A DNA stretch of 64,000 bases from Octopus sinensis (GCF_006345805.1 NC_043003.1:94302001-94366000), one strand, 5' to 3'. Counted from the first letter of the stretch, positions 1 to 12,739 are shown. A program made the numbers and translations. The notes: generated by a model from the letters alone, not told the origin.

Positions 1-416
1 TTGTACCTTTAGTAGAAAGGATTAATTATATTTGATTTGATCATAAGATATTATTTCTTAGCAAATACTTATTATAATTTAACTATAAAGACGCCATTTA
101 GAAAATGAAATTTAAAGCTAGATTTAAAAGAAATTTTATAAAATTGATTACCACCCACGAGATTTAGTTAAATGACTTACCCAATTAGGTGTTTACATAA
201 ATGTCACGCTCAATGGTTCATACCCAAGTGAAACGCTATATTTTTTATAAACCAGAATGTTTTTTCATTTCTAATACAATATCCTGGATGTTAATTTATT
301 ACTGCGTTAAGTGACAATTTCGATGAAATTCCGAATAGAGAACAATATTGAATAAAGTATTACATCGTCTCTAAGCTACAACATACGCTTACACATGCAT
401 ATACATATGTATGTGT

Positions 417-417
<1 letters not shown>

Positions 418-497
<80 letters not shown>
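418..497. repeat. (ATAG)n microsatellite
   Basis: Perfect tetranucleotide run. Confidence 0.98.
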
Positions 498-502
498 CAT
501 AT

Positions 503-702
503 ATTGGTTCCAAATTTTGGCAAAACGGTCAACAATTTCGAGTACATCGATCCCAGTACTCAACTCGTACTTATTTTATCAACACCGGAATGATGAGAGG
601 CAAAGTCGCCCTCGACAGCGTGTGGACTCAGAACTTAAACACGGACAAAATGCCGCTATGTATTTTTTCCCAGCGTGTTAAGGATTATGCCAGCTCGCTA
701 CC
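503..702 (-). mobile_element. tRNA-derived SINE, family A (head aaggcggcgagctggcagaa..., body gcctttcatcctttcggggtcgataaa), degenerate
   Basis: Collinear with the better-preserved copies at 45400-45587 and 47416-47646. Confidence 0.8.
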
Positions 703-744
703 TCTTTGTATGTAGGAATATTAACATATTTAATATTATATATT

Positions 745-890
<146 letters not shown>

Positions 891-984
891 CAGGAACTAT
901 GATGGTATCTTCCGTCGAAGAGGACGTATAATTGTTCAGGTTTTGCAGAACGACCTGCACAAATGATTTGTTTAGAGAGATCAA

Positions 985-1197
985 ATGTACGTGCTGCACA
1001 TTAGCTGTCTCTCTTAAGCAGATTGACGTTGCCTAAACGAGTGCAAAGTGTGCCACACGTCAGGTGTCGAACAAATCTCAGGGCAGTGTGAGATGAAGTC
1101 GTTTGTTCAAGAAGACAACGCAACTTCCGATCTAGGAAATGAAACCACGATTTCGTGATTGCGAGTGCAACACCATGCCCATATGTGCCCTGACATG
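985..1197 (-). mobile_element. tRNA/CORE-type SINE, family C, degenerate
   Basis: Similar to 61270-61518 (caagaagacaacgc...ggaaatgaaaccacgat). Confidence 0.6.
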
Positions 1198-1279
1198 GCC
1201 TAGTAATTAGTATTAAATCTGGTATAGCCTACTATAATAGATATATTACTAAACACGAATACATACGCTAGTATATAAA

Positions 1280-1706
1280 GCATGGAAATGTGGTAAGAAC
1301 TTTGCTTCACAGCCACATAGTTTCAGGTTCAGTCCTAGGCAAGAGTCTCCTATTATAACTATGGGCCGACCAGATGCTTTTGCGTGGATTTGGTAGACGG
1401 AAACTAAATGTCGTATATAAACTGCCGTATATATGTATATGAGTGTGTGTGTATGCGTGTGTACACGTACGTGTGTGTGTGTGTGTGTGTGTGAGTACGC
1501 GTGTTGTTTGTCTCTAACTATGTTTGTTAACCGGCGTTGGGTTCTTTACTTCCACGTAACTTTGCATTTCTGTCAGGTGGACGGGTAGAATAAAAAACAA
1601 GACTTAAAATCAATAAATATCGAAGTCGACTTGCTTGATTGAACCACTCAAGGCAATGCCACAGCATGGCTGCATTCCAATGACTGAAACAAGTAATCGA
1701 TAAAAG
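1280..1706 (+). mobile_element. CORE-type SINE, family B (OR1-like), with internal (GT)n
   Basis: tRNA-like head (gtggtaagaa...ggttcagtcc), gtggatttggtagacggaaact body and cagcatggc...aatgactgaaacaagta tail, shared with many copies in the window. Confidence 0.85.
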
Positions 1707-1791
1707 ATATATACACAGAAACCATCATCGTATGTATATATGTATGTATATATACGTATGCATGTATGTATACATACATACATATATGTCA

Positions 1792-1840
<49 letters not shown>

Positions 1841-1847
1841 CTTTTCT

Positions 1848-2050
1848 TTTATTAGCTTCAGTCATTATACTGCGGCCATGCTGGGGCACCTTCTTGAGGA
1901 ATCTTCAGTGGAGTGAGTCTACCTTATTACTGAGCTATTTTAAGTCTAGTATTCATTCCATCGTACGCTTTGGCCGAACCGCTACATTACGAGGACGTAA
2001 GCACACTAATGCCGGTTGTCAAGTAGTGGTGGGGGACAAACAGAAAAACA
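1848..2050 (-). mobile_element. SINE family B, 3' half
   Basis: Reverse complement of the family B tail (tcagtcattatactgcggccatgctggggcacc). Confidence 0.8.
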
Positions 2051-2270
2051 CCAATACAAAGACACATACTCTCTCTCTCTCTCTCTCTCTTACACACACA
2101 CACTCACACACATATATATATACGCCTATAATTATAAACTAGGGCAAAAAGAAATTTTTTTATTTGCCAATATGCTGGAAAATAGACGCTAAATTATCAA
2201 ACCACATACAGTATTTTCACCACGTGCCGAAACGAAGAAAGCAAACTAATAGAAATTCATAAAAAATTTA

Positions 2271-2338
2271 GTTATCCCCGGATCGGTTCCTATTTATGAA
2301 TCAATCCAAATAGGATTCTTTCTTCATCAGTGGGGAAC
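2271..2338 (-). ncRNA. Degenerate hammerhead-ribozyme relic related to the 63.4 kb motif
   Basis: Minus strand GTTCCCCA-CTGATGA...TCCTATTT/AAATAGGA stem...GAA-CCG-ATC-CGG-GGATAAC. One A of GAAA and the UH dinucleotide are missing. Flanks resemble 63255-63310 and 63480-63510. Confidence 0.4.
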
Positions 2339-2619
2339 ACAAAATGAAAATAAATGAAATATTTAGACATAACCACGGAAAAGCAGATGCAAAGTCATGA
2401 ATACGTTTAAGTACCCCAAATATATCCAAATAGAAATTCCGTAGCAAGCCTCGACACAAGTCGGTCAGGAAATGCACACAAGTGGTTAACCAGTCTCGAT
2501 GTGAATGAGAATTAATTTACTTCTAATATAGAGATAAAATTTGATTTTAAAATTTTATCAGTGGCAAGCATATGAAATATACCTTTTAAGGTGAAAATTA
2601 TAAATACAGTTATAAATAA

Positions 2620-2722
2620 GGGCAAAAAGAAGGATTTGGTCGGACCAAGGTTATATTGGAAGACACTAACCCAAGGTGCCACGCAGTGTGACTGAATCCG
2701 AACCATGTGGTTGGGAAAGAAC
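2620..2722 (-). mobile_element. SINE family B, 5' part
   Basis: gaagacactaacccaaggtgccacgcagtgtgactgaatccgaaccatgtggttggg is the reverse complement of the family B head. Confidence 0.8.
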
Positions 2723-2767
2723 TGTGTGTGTGTGTGTATGTGTGTGGTGTGTGTGTATGTGTGTGTG

Positions 2768-2804
<37 letters not shown>

Positions 2805-3154
2805 AATTTAAAACTAAATTTAACCTCATGTAATTAACCTCAAACGTCTCGCTTGCCGTGAGATATATATATACATACGTACATACATACATATACTCAC
2901 AAATATCTAGCTATGCGTGCGCTCAAAAATACAAATATACATATGTGTATTCTAAAAATAAATAACAAATAACGTTTACTTATTTAATTATTTAATTTAA
3001 TTAGTGAACTAATTAAATTACTCGTTTTCCTTTGTTATTTATTCTTATATATAATTGTTGCTGTCAGTATGTACATCCGGAAAGGGAGCTCATGTATATC
3101 TATCTGTATGTATTTATGTCTATATATATATACAAAAACACATATGTATGTGCA

Positions 3155-3157
3155 ATA

Positions 3158-3233
<76 letters not shown>

Positions 3234-3315
3234 AATAATAACAACAACAACAACAACAATAATAATAATAATAATGATAGTGAGGAGAAGGAGGAGGAGG
3301 AGGATAATAATAATA
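3155..3315. repeat. Compound trinucleotide microsatellite (AAT)n-(ATG)n-(AAC)n-(AAT)n-(AGG)n
   Basis: Direct reading of the sequence. Confidence 0.95.
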
Positions 3316-3438
3316 AAAACCTGGTGTAGAACTCAATATAGGTGTGTTTCAGAACAAAGTGTTAGATGACTTTGACTATACAGCCGTTATAAGAAAAGAG
3401 ATGACACTAGAAAAACAATAGTTGTTATGAACTTTGTT

Positions 3439-3519
3439 ACCTTACAGCTGTTTCCGCTATACGATGCAGAAGATTCTTAGTTGAGCGCCTGAATAATATC
3501 TTATAGCTTCATCAGAGCC
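3439..3519 (-). ncRNA. Penelope-type type I hammerhead motif with palindromic helix III
   Basis: Minus strand GGCT-CTGATGA-A-GCTATA...TATAGC-G-GAAA-CAGCTG-TA-AGGT. Helix II is 6 bp, ACAGCTGT is a perfect palindrome, the triplet is GUA, and helix I has a G-G mismatch. Confidence 0.6.
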
Positions 3520-3983
3520 TCAAATATGAATTACAATTTATTTGGGAAGAAAAAAGACTTACGTTTTTGCAATATACAGGGTAAGTATTACCAGTGAGAA
3601 AGTCATTGCTGATATGTATATGAAAGTGTGCCCAAAAGATTTGGTAGGTAAAGGAGTAGAAAAAGCGGAAAAATTATATGTATATATACGCATGCGCTTA
3701 CACTCAACAAAACGCTCACAGATACACAGCCACTCACATAAGACAGGAGATATACAGATACGCACACACACACATGCATGCACACAGACACACATATATC
3801 TGTGTGTGTATATATATGTGTGTGTCTGTGTATATGTACGTTTACATACACACGCGTATACACACACACACAAGCACTTGCACAGCATGCACTCATATAA
3901 AATGTACATACGCACACAGAAAGAAGAGAAAAGAGAGGAACTAAATGGAGACAGACAGTTTTTTCTTATACATACATACTCCT

Positions 3984-4380
3984 AGGCGTAGGAGTGACTG
4001 TGTGGTAAGTAGCTTGTTTACCAGCCACATGGTTCCAGGTTCAGTCCCACTGCGTGGCACCTTCGGCAAGTGTCTTCTACTATAGCCTCGGGTCGACCTA
4101 AGCCTTGTGAGTGGATTTGGTAGACGGAAACTGAAAGAAACCCGTCGTATATATGTATATATAAGTGTATGTTTGTGTGTCTGTGTTTGCCCCCCCCCCA
4201 CATCGCTTGACAACCGATGCTGGTGTGTTTACGTCACCTTAACTTCGCGGTTCGGCAAAAGGGGCCGATAGAATAAGTACTAGGCTTACAAAGAATAAAT
4301 CCTGGGGTCGATTTGCTCGACTAAAGGCGATGCTCCAGCATGGCCACAGTCAAATGACTGAAACAAGTAAAAGAGAGTAA
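3984..4380 (+). mobile_element. SINE family B (CORE/OR1-like), near full length
   Basis: Pol III-like head (gtgtggtaag...ggttcagtcc), CORE-like caccttcggcaagtgtcttc, internal microsatellite and conserved tail. Confidence 0.92.
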
Positions 4381-4409
4381 GGAGTATACATACATACATA
4401 CATGCATGC

Positions 4410-4600
4410 AGTTCAAATTTACGAAAAACAAAAGACAAACACAGGTGAAAGAGCAACAAGCAGGTGTATTAGTTGAACGCTCGGGAGGAACGGAAGTTTT
4501 TGATGTTTCGAGCCTACGCTCTTCGGTAGAAAGGATTGAGAAGGGAAGAAAATGGAGAGAGCAAAATGCATAGGGAGTAACGGTTTAACATACCTAGATA
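4410..4600 (-). mobile_element. Probable Penelope-like 3' terminal fragment with decayed hammerhead-like motif (4495-4535)
   Basis: Minus strand CCGAAGA-GCGTAGGCTC-GAAA-CATC. Core and helix I are damaged. Confidence 0.35.
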
Positions 4601-4639
4601 ATAAATATATACAGACATACATACATATATACACACACG

Positions 4640-4680
<41 letters not shown>

Positions 4681-5019
4681 CGTTTAGTGGTGTAATTGTC
4701 AAGCAAGTGATTTGATATGAGTTTGTGCGTTCAAAGTAGAACGATTGTATCGTGGAAGTCACATATTACTCGTCAAGAAGCATACGTCAGTGACCAGGTG
4801 GCGTTCGGTGGGAGAAGCACTTTGAAAGCGAATGATAAATGTGGAAGTGAAATAGACAGACTGTGTTTCCTTTAAATTCTTTTGACTGGTTGTTATGTAT
4901 CTCCCACGCTGCAACAGAATGTGTATATATATACATATGTGTGTGTCTGTGTGTGTGTGTGTGTGCGTGTGTGTGTGTATGTGTGTGTGTTGCTCTTTCT
5001 CTCTCTCTATATATATATA

Positions 5020-5060
<41 letters not shown>

Positions 5061-5061
5061 T

Positions 5062-5102
<41 letters not shown>

Positions 5103-6012
5103 ATGAGTATGTATATATAAATACATGTATATATACAAATGTGTGTGTGTACGTATGTACATATACATATAAACATTCATTACCAGTAAATGTATTCTCA
5201 TTTAGTTTCCATGACTATACACAAAATAGGTAGTTTTATATCGCCATACACACACACACACACAAACACGTACACGCACATATAAGCACTGATTTTTGTA
5301 GTATGCATAAATGTTGACTAACTGTCATTTCAATTTAGATCCGAACTTTGATGGACGATTATAAAGTTCCAGTTCCTTACCAACTTAGTAGATATTAATG
5401 GCTAATGTAAAGAATTTAGAACTGATATTTAAGAGGATTTTTTTTTCGTATTTGAAGCTCTTCAATAAAGTATTCAAGAATCCTACTTTAAATTTCCTTT
5501 CGTATACTATTTCCTTTATGCCAAAAAGACTGTAAAATATTTATTTCTGAATTATTCATAGCTTTTTGCTTCCATTTACTACGTACTATATTTAATACTT
5601 TTATTGTATGTAGGTTTGAGTTAAATTTGATAAGAAGAAAATTTGACTGTATTAAGTAATATACGTGGGTGTTCATTTAAGTGCACGGATCCTTTGCGGG
5701 CTTCTAAACAAAACTAAATTATGAAATGCATTGTAATCATAGAAATTGTTTCGAATTTAAGTCGCGAGGCCAGTAATATTTAGTGAAGTACGTGGTTTAT
5801 CGATTGCGTCGGCCTGAGTAGGTGATTGGCAGAGATTTTAGATTTAAGTGTCGCAAGTGGCTATAAGGCTGTGCTTCAATGATGAGGTTTGATAAAATCG
5901 AAACTTATTTGAAATTTATCTCCCCTGCTTGTAAAATCAGAGAAATAGTAGTATTTCTCATGAAGCTATTTTTCTCTACACAACATAAATATTAGTTAAC
6001 TTTTATGATGAG

Positions 6013-7005
6013 TTGATAATATTTGCCGAGTCTGCGACATTTCAACAGCACATGGCTCAACTGTTTGGGATGAATAGCAGTCTCGGACGCGGGACGGACT
6101 TCTGTGAATATCTTGGTGTGCTACGGCTCGTGTTAAGTGGAGGGTTGTCACAAAATGCCAATAATAGCCGCGGAAATATGGGATGCAATGACGGGCTGCA
6201 TGAAAGGAAAATCGCCTGGTTTGGATGGTCTGCCCACAAGCTTTAATTTTCTATGCCAGATCTGCTTGGCGGCCTCTTAGCAGATATCTGCTGCCAGTAG
6301 CAGCAGAACGTGATAATTCCTAATTCGTTAAGTTGAGGAGCGATGGTACTGCTGAGAAAGACTAAAACAAAATAGATCAAATAGAAAATTGTAGGCCGAT
6401 AACGTTGCTGAACGCAGATTTCAAAAGGCATGGGTTTGGCGCTGATCAGTTTGGATCAGTCTAAAGCCTTCAATAGGGTCGACCACCAATACTTGGCGGC
6501 CGTTCTCACGGCGACCGCTACCAGACTCATTTCTGTTACTAGATTGCCGCAATGTACAGCAACTTCTGCGTCTACTCAGTAGTTCGGGTGAATGGTTACC
6601 TACCGGAACTATTCAGCATCATGGGCTCGGTCCGTTAAGGGTCCTCTCTCGACTCTACTATATGCAATGGCTCTGGAGCTACCACTGCGGACGTTGGCGG
6701 CATTTAGAGACATCCCACGCGAAGTAGAACGTGGGAGAACCCTGTTGGCATACGCAGACGATGTCAGCGTCATAGTGTTGAACATCAGTCATATAGATCT
6801 GGTTTGCACTGTTCTAAAAGAATACGAGGCGGTGACAGGAATAAAAATTCGCCAAGAAAATTCAGTGAGCCTAAAGCTCGGCACCTAGAGAAGCAGGTCC
6901 ATGCCGTCCAATAACTTAGTGGGACGCTGGACAGAGAGACCGGATAAATTGCTCGCAGTCTGGTTTCGTCCGGATTTCTGGATGGAGAACTAGGACGAGG
7001 GAGCG
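6013..7005 (+). pseudogene. L1/Tx1-clade LINE ORF2 (reverse transcriptase) fragment
   Basis: Across frameshifts and stops: KGKSPGLDGLP, CRPITLLNADFK, LISLDQSKAFNRVDHQYL, GPLSTLLYAMALE, AYADDVSV, YEAVTGIKI. Confidence 0.92.
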
Positions 7006-7639
7006 AGAGTACCAGTTACAAATTTTAATGCGGTGTGTTATATTTGGAGGAATAAGTGACATTATGCTTTTCAGAGATGATATGCACCATCGCGTTTACG
7101 AATTATTGATAATATTTCACTTTTAAGTACCAGATGCATATCTTTTGCAAAGAAACTTATGGTTTCATCCGTTGTTTTGAACGCATGAATTATACCGTAA
7201 AACCGCACCATTTTTAACGACACGGTAACACTAGTTATTATAAAATTCCTGTGAAAGCTATTCATTTGTGTATTTATATAATTTCGGTCATCTGAATAAA
7301 TATAGTCTTCTTCGATGACATATAAGCTTTCTTGATGACAGTTTCTCAATGACATAGTTATTGAAAATATATTATAAGATAAAAAACAAAAAACATATAA
7401 TTTTCCTCAAAAGCTTCTTAAATATTCCTGAAGTGATTACAGCAACATACAACAGCGGGCATTGGAAAATTTATTGTATTTTAGTGTAGCATTAGATCAA
7501 ATAGATGTATAGTTGGAGCGTAATGTTTGAAATTGCATTATACCACCCGTTCAAAGCAAATTATTATCAGCGTGACAATCTGACCAGCCTAATTTTTATA
7601 GCATTTTAATTAGTTATATTGCTTTAACTATCTGAAGCA

Positions 7640-7860
7640 ATATGACTCTTGGAAAATGTCATTGACTGTTTAATAAATAGCAACAGGTAAGTGATAATCT
7701 GTGAAATGTCATATATATATATATATATATGACATTTCACAGATTATCACTTACCTGTTGCTATTTATTAAACAGTCAATGACATATATATATATGACAT
7801 TTCACAGATTATCACTTACCTGTTGCTATTTATTAAACAGTCAATGACATTTTCCAAGAG

Positions 7861-7866
<6 letters not shown>
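7640..7866. repeat. Perfect local inverted duplication centred on (AT)n, with a second inverted copy
   Basis: 7640-7710 is reverse-complemented at 7731-7785 (partial) and at 7796-7866 (full). Confidence 0.95.
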
Positions 7867-7901
<35 letters not shown>

Positions 7902-7980
7902 ATGATTATGGGACTGGGCGTGTGAGAAACCAGCGGATTTTTACAGATGTCAATGGAGGAAGAATGCGATGAAACTGTTG

Positions 7981-8302
7981 GCGCAGACGTGGCTGTGGTA
8001 AGAATCTTGCTTCCTAACTACGAGATTCCCAACCACACATGTGCGGGGGTATATATTTATGAGTGCGTGTTTTTGTGTGTGTTTGCACCCCCACTACTAC
8101 CACCATCACTTTATAACCGATGTTGTTATGTTTACGTCCCCGTAATTTAGCCTCTCGGCAAAATAATCCGATAGAATAAGTACTAGGCTTACAATGAGTA
8201 AAGCCTGAGGTCGATTTGTTCGACTAAAGCCCTTTAAGGCGGTGCTCCAGCATGGCCGCAGTCAAATGACTGAAACAAGTAGAAGGATGAAAGAATAAAA
8301 GA
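7981..8302 (+). mobile_element. SINE family B, internally deleted
   Basis: Head gtggctgtggtaagaatcttgcttcc joined to the 3' half ending cagcatggccgcagtcaaatgactgaaacaagt. Confidence 0.85.
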
Positions 8303-10042
8303 ATACTAAAATGTACAAAACGCATAAATAACTGTCTTATAAGATCCATTTAGATAAATAGCTTTCTTATGGGATCCACTTTTCACACATTTAGAGTTTC
8401 TTAGCTGACATTTTTTTCTCTCTTAGTGTGAGTTACAGGTATTAATCCGAACTTCATTAACACAAAGTTTGATATACTTATGAAACGCTTTCATATATGT
8501 TGATGATCTGCACACTGTTACTCTTATCCATAAACATAATTCTTCTCAAGTGACACAACTCTTTTATCTCCATAACAATTCGCATATATGCATCGTCTAG
8601 GCTAAATCTAGACATTTAGTTCCAATACTTCGTCCGTTATATGAGATTCCGAAATGTTTATATGACTAAATTGGCGTATTTAAGAGAACACTGACACAGG
8701 AGCTATAAGTATTAAGAATCTGCCTGCTAGACTATAGCCTTGCCCCTCATGAACAGCACACATCTAAAAACAGTGTAATAAATCGTACACTTTTTTGAAA
8801 TCTATAATTGTTCTCAAAATTTCTGTTGTCTTTTTATTGTAAATAGATATTGACTATATAGTGTAAAGGTCAGAAAATATTTGTGCTGTCAATACGAATT
8901 ACAATATACTACATTTGACAATTATTTACATATCTGTACTAAGCAACTACATCCAGAAAAGGCCAATCTGACTGATTTGCAAATAATCTTTAACCTACGT
9001 GCTAGAACCATAACGTCACTGATGTGCAATTTCTTTCCTACATCTTTTGTATTACAATAACGAACTGTTCACCTCTGAAGTAGTAAAATATAAACCGTGT
9101 CAGTAGTAAAATGTAAACCGTCAGTATTTCACTTACGTCTTCAACTTTCATTGACATTACTATATTTCATAACATAGACTCATTCGTATCTAAACTTTTA
9201 ATTTCAAAACTATTACAGCCACAACTTTACTCTAGATCGATCTTCGCCAAATCAGGCTGAGCTAAAATTGCATCAACATCAACAGGCTGAGAAAGCTTGA
9301 ACTACTAAGATCACAGCTCTTCTTTCTCTCACGCAAAGTTTTTAAAATGAGTATTATAATCTCTAAACCCTGAACATAACATCTCAGAGGAAAAACATCT
9401 TTATTGCAAATCGTTTCTGTTACATTAGATAAAGTTTAACGAGTCTGGAAATCATCAAGTGTCTAGTGTTTGCGGTCTGATATACCACATTCAAAATGAA
9501 TTATTATTTTCGGCAGTGTCTAAGTCTTAGACGTATACATTAAGACAAGACAAATTTCCATAAACGTTCGGACAATTTAAACTTGTTTATTTTTCACACA
9601 GACACAGTTTCTTGATAACAATGCCAATCTCAGTTCAGGAAAACTACTAATGCGCAACTTTTACTGATAATGAAATAATGAACAATTTTAATAGGAAAGA
9701 CTTGACACATTTAAAATATTTCTTCCTCGCAAGTTCCATTACCTATTTAATAGGTTGATAAAAATGAATATTGGAAAATCTGTTAATTAAATCATGATAA
9801 CAATAAATCAATAATTTTCTAAATGAAATGACCAATCTAGATTTGTTTATATAAAGCTTACAAGCACCCAAGTGAGCTGCAGCACAGATATTATTTGAAA
9901 CCCCTCGTGGTACTTGACTGTATGTATCATATATAAATAAAAGTGATAAAATCTCCGAAATCCTAACATGGGTCGAAGAGAAGGAACTGCATGCACATTG
10001 AACAATATAGTCGCAGAGATATTGACAAGATGACTATAACTG

Positions 10043-10129
10043 GAACATTATTTACATTTGACGGATATTTGTCCTCATCTTGTTTGTTAACACAATGTTT
10101 CGGCTGATATACCCCCCAGCCTTCGTCAG
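10043..10129 (-). mobile_element. Inverted copy of the hammerhead-bearing tail of the adjacent SINE
   Basis: Reverse complement reads CTGACGA-A-GGCTG-gggggtatat-CAGCC-GAAA-CATTGTGTT...gaggacaaatatccgtcaaatgtaaataa, matching 10330-10415. Confidence 0.9.
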
Positions 10130-10131
10130 TC

Positions 10132-10205
10132 CACGGGCATATGGTGTAATGTTTAAGAGCGCAGGCTACTAACCCCAAGATTCCGAGATCGATTCCAGGC
10201 AGTGA

Positions 10206-10267
<62 letters not shown>

Positions 10268-10450
10268 TAATAATAATAATAATAATGATAATAATAATAA
10301 CATCGAAAAATATCTTAGGAATGAGAACCGGACGAAGGCTGGAGGGCATATCAGCCGAAACATTGTGTTAACAACAAACATGACGAGGACAAATATCCAT
10401 CAAATGTAAATAAAGTACATAATTCCTCATCCTTTAGATATAGAACTGTA
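10132..10450 (+). mobile_element. tRNA-headed SINE (family D): tRNA-like head, (AAT)n spacer, Penelope-type tail with hammerhead motif
   Basis: A-box-like tggtgtaatgtt and B-box-like gatcgattcc; (AAT)n at 10211-10300; CGGACGA-A-GGCTG...CAGCC-GAAA-CATT at 10329-10364. Confidence 0.75.
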
Positions 10451-12739
10451 CAACTGGAACGTCTGCTTAGTTAGGCTTCATCAGAGTTCAGTAACAACAG
10501 CAAGGAAATAACAAAAGAGAGGTTCAATTTTGACTTCGTCTTAGAAAATCATAAGGATATTATATTTGAATTTCAATTTAGTGGCCAGTTTTACCACATC
10601 CTAAAACTATTTTCTACGAAACAAAACGGCTAATTATGTGGAAGTCTTTAACATCAGTACATTCAAATTTGAGTCAAGGTATGAAAAACTTCAACAGTAA
10701 TTACTACACGGTAACTGATTTAGAAAAAAGGAATTATTTTTATTCCCGGTATCTTAATTTATCTCTTATATAACATTCTCTACGCCATTCTAAAGATATC
10801 GTTTAAGGAATGTATTTTTTATATGAAGTTTTAAAAGTTTAGAATGTTCGACAATGTTTAGAAATGTGGACATAAAAAATATCGTCTTATTCAATCAGAA
10901 AAGTTAGAAATCACTGAACCTCACGGCAAACGAACTAAATTTTTCGAGCTTTTATAATTCACTTTCCTTTCTTATTTACTGGTTTATCGAGGCCTATGCT
11001 TACGAATAAATCTTTTATCGCATCAACTTGTTTATAAATACCACAAATAAAGAACTATAAAGCTATTTAATCCTTTCTTAAATGTCAATTCCGTCCTACA
11101 CATAAATAAATGCACCAATGGGAAGAATCGTTAACAATCGAAGAGCTGATGGTAGTACCTTGTTACTATCACTGCAGTGAATCAGTGAAACCTTATCCTT
11201 GCTGTATATTGGTATTAAGTGCAGAAACAATTTATATTTGTAAGCATTGAGAGATAACAGCTGACTTCGAATCTTAAAATGACTTTAGGTTAGTAAGAGT
11301 TGGAGTTCGTCGAGCTGGCTTTCTCTTTTCCTCGGCAAACTGCATAAAGTATCCGTATGTATTCATTCAAGGATACGATAGGTATTGGGATTTACTACAA
11401 AGTTATCCAAATACCGAGATCAACTTTTGTCCTGTTTTAATAAGATATGAATAAAACACAACTAATTGGACTTAGTGTTTAAGTGAAATTAAATTATGTC
11501 CTTTGAGATTCTAAAGTAACATTTTATGCAAGATATTATTTCCACACTCCTATATTTTAGCTTCCCATCTTCATACCGTTACTTTTTGGGGGTGACTTTT
11601 AGTTGCATTTCTATAGTAGATGAATGCCGTAGGAACATATAACTCTGAATAATCGAATGCAGGTCTCCGCGTAATTTTCACGAGAAACAAAATTAATCTA
11701 TAGACTTCCTTTGACTTCACATTTCCATTGATTAACACATAAGATACAATTTGAATTTAAAATTTTCCCAGAACAGTGTCTCCCGGAAACCTTCCAGAAA
11801 TACTCAAGATGAAAAGAAGTGAGTTAATATAAGGTTTTAGTCTACAAAGAAAATTCATTAGAAGATGCTGACTCTTTAAAGTATTTGCTACAACAGTTGC
11901 AGTATAGGCCGACGTTGGAATAGGAAGTATGTGAATTCTGTAAATCAATGTTTTTGCATTAGCCTATATTCTGTGATAGGAACTGGTGATGGGTATAATT
12001 TTAACTCTTTCCGTACTATTACCTGCAACTATCCCCAGAGTCTAGTTTCAAGATTGATTGAAGCTAATTGAGCATGATATCAAAGTCGTTCGTTTTCATT
12101 AAATATGGGACTACATGGCGCTCTATATTTGTGATTTATATGCAATGGCTTCCATATTTCTATGCTTCATTTATTTCTTCGTTTAAAATATAAGACATTT
12201 ACATATACATACCTCAAATGAAGAACTCAGTAAGAACTCTTTATACATTAGCTCAATAAATATTATCTATAATTCAATTTACAGTTTAGTACAATGGGGA
12301 AAATAAATAGTTTGTTAAATACTGTTCTGCTGCTATAATTGTCCCAAAATCTTAAGCTTGATTAGAATTTTAAATTACGTGATATAGTCACATTAAGTGA
12401 AACATCCATTTGTATCTAATACGTCATTTACTTAAAAAAGGTTAATAAAACATGTCGAAAGTGTGTGATATCACGAATAGAGTAATATCTTTTGTTTCAA
12501 TATAGTAAAAGTTGTATTTCATGCTAAATCAAAATATATCTTTTCATTTTCTATATAAGATCCATTACGAAATATTCTACAACCGATTAGTGCTTACCAC
12601 GATTTGTCTGAAATCGAAATTGCAAGCCACGACAGAATGAAAAGAAAACTCTAAATTACGTATTTTCTTTATAACTTTCTTTCCTTTCCTTCTTTCTTTT
12701 TTCTTTCGTCTTTCTTTTCTTTTCTTTTTTCTGTCTTTT

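Noticed and set aside
10455-10500. CTGATGA-AGCC... motif on the minus strand just after the family D SINE
   Set aside because: GAAA is absent and helix I cannot be formed.
11772-11818. Possible 47-nt micro-exon (ttttcccag...gtgagt)
   Set aside because: The splice-like motifs are good, but such pairs are common by chance in AT-rich DNA and there is no homology or partner exon.
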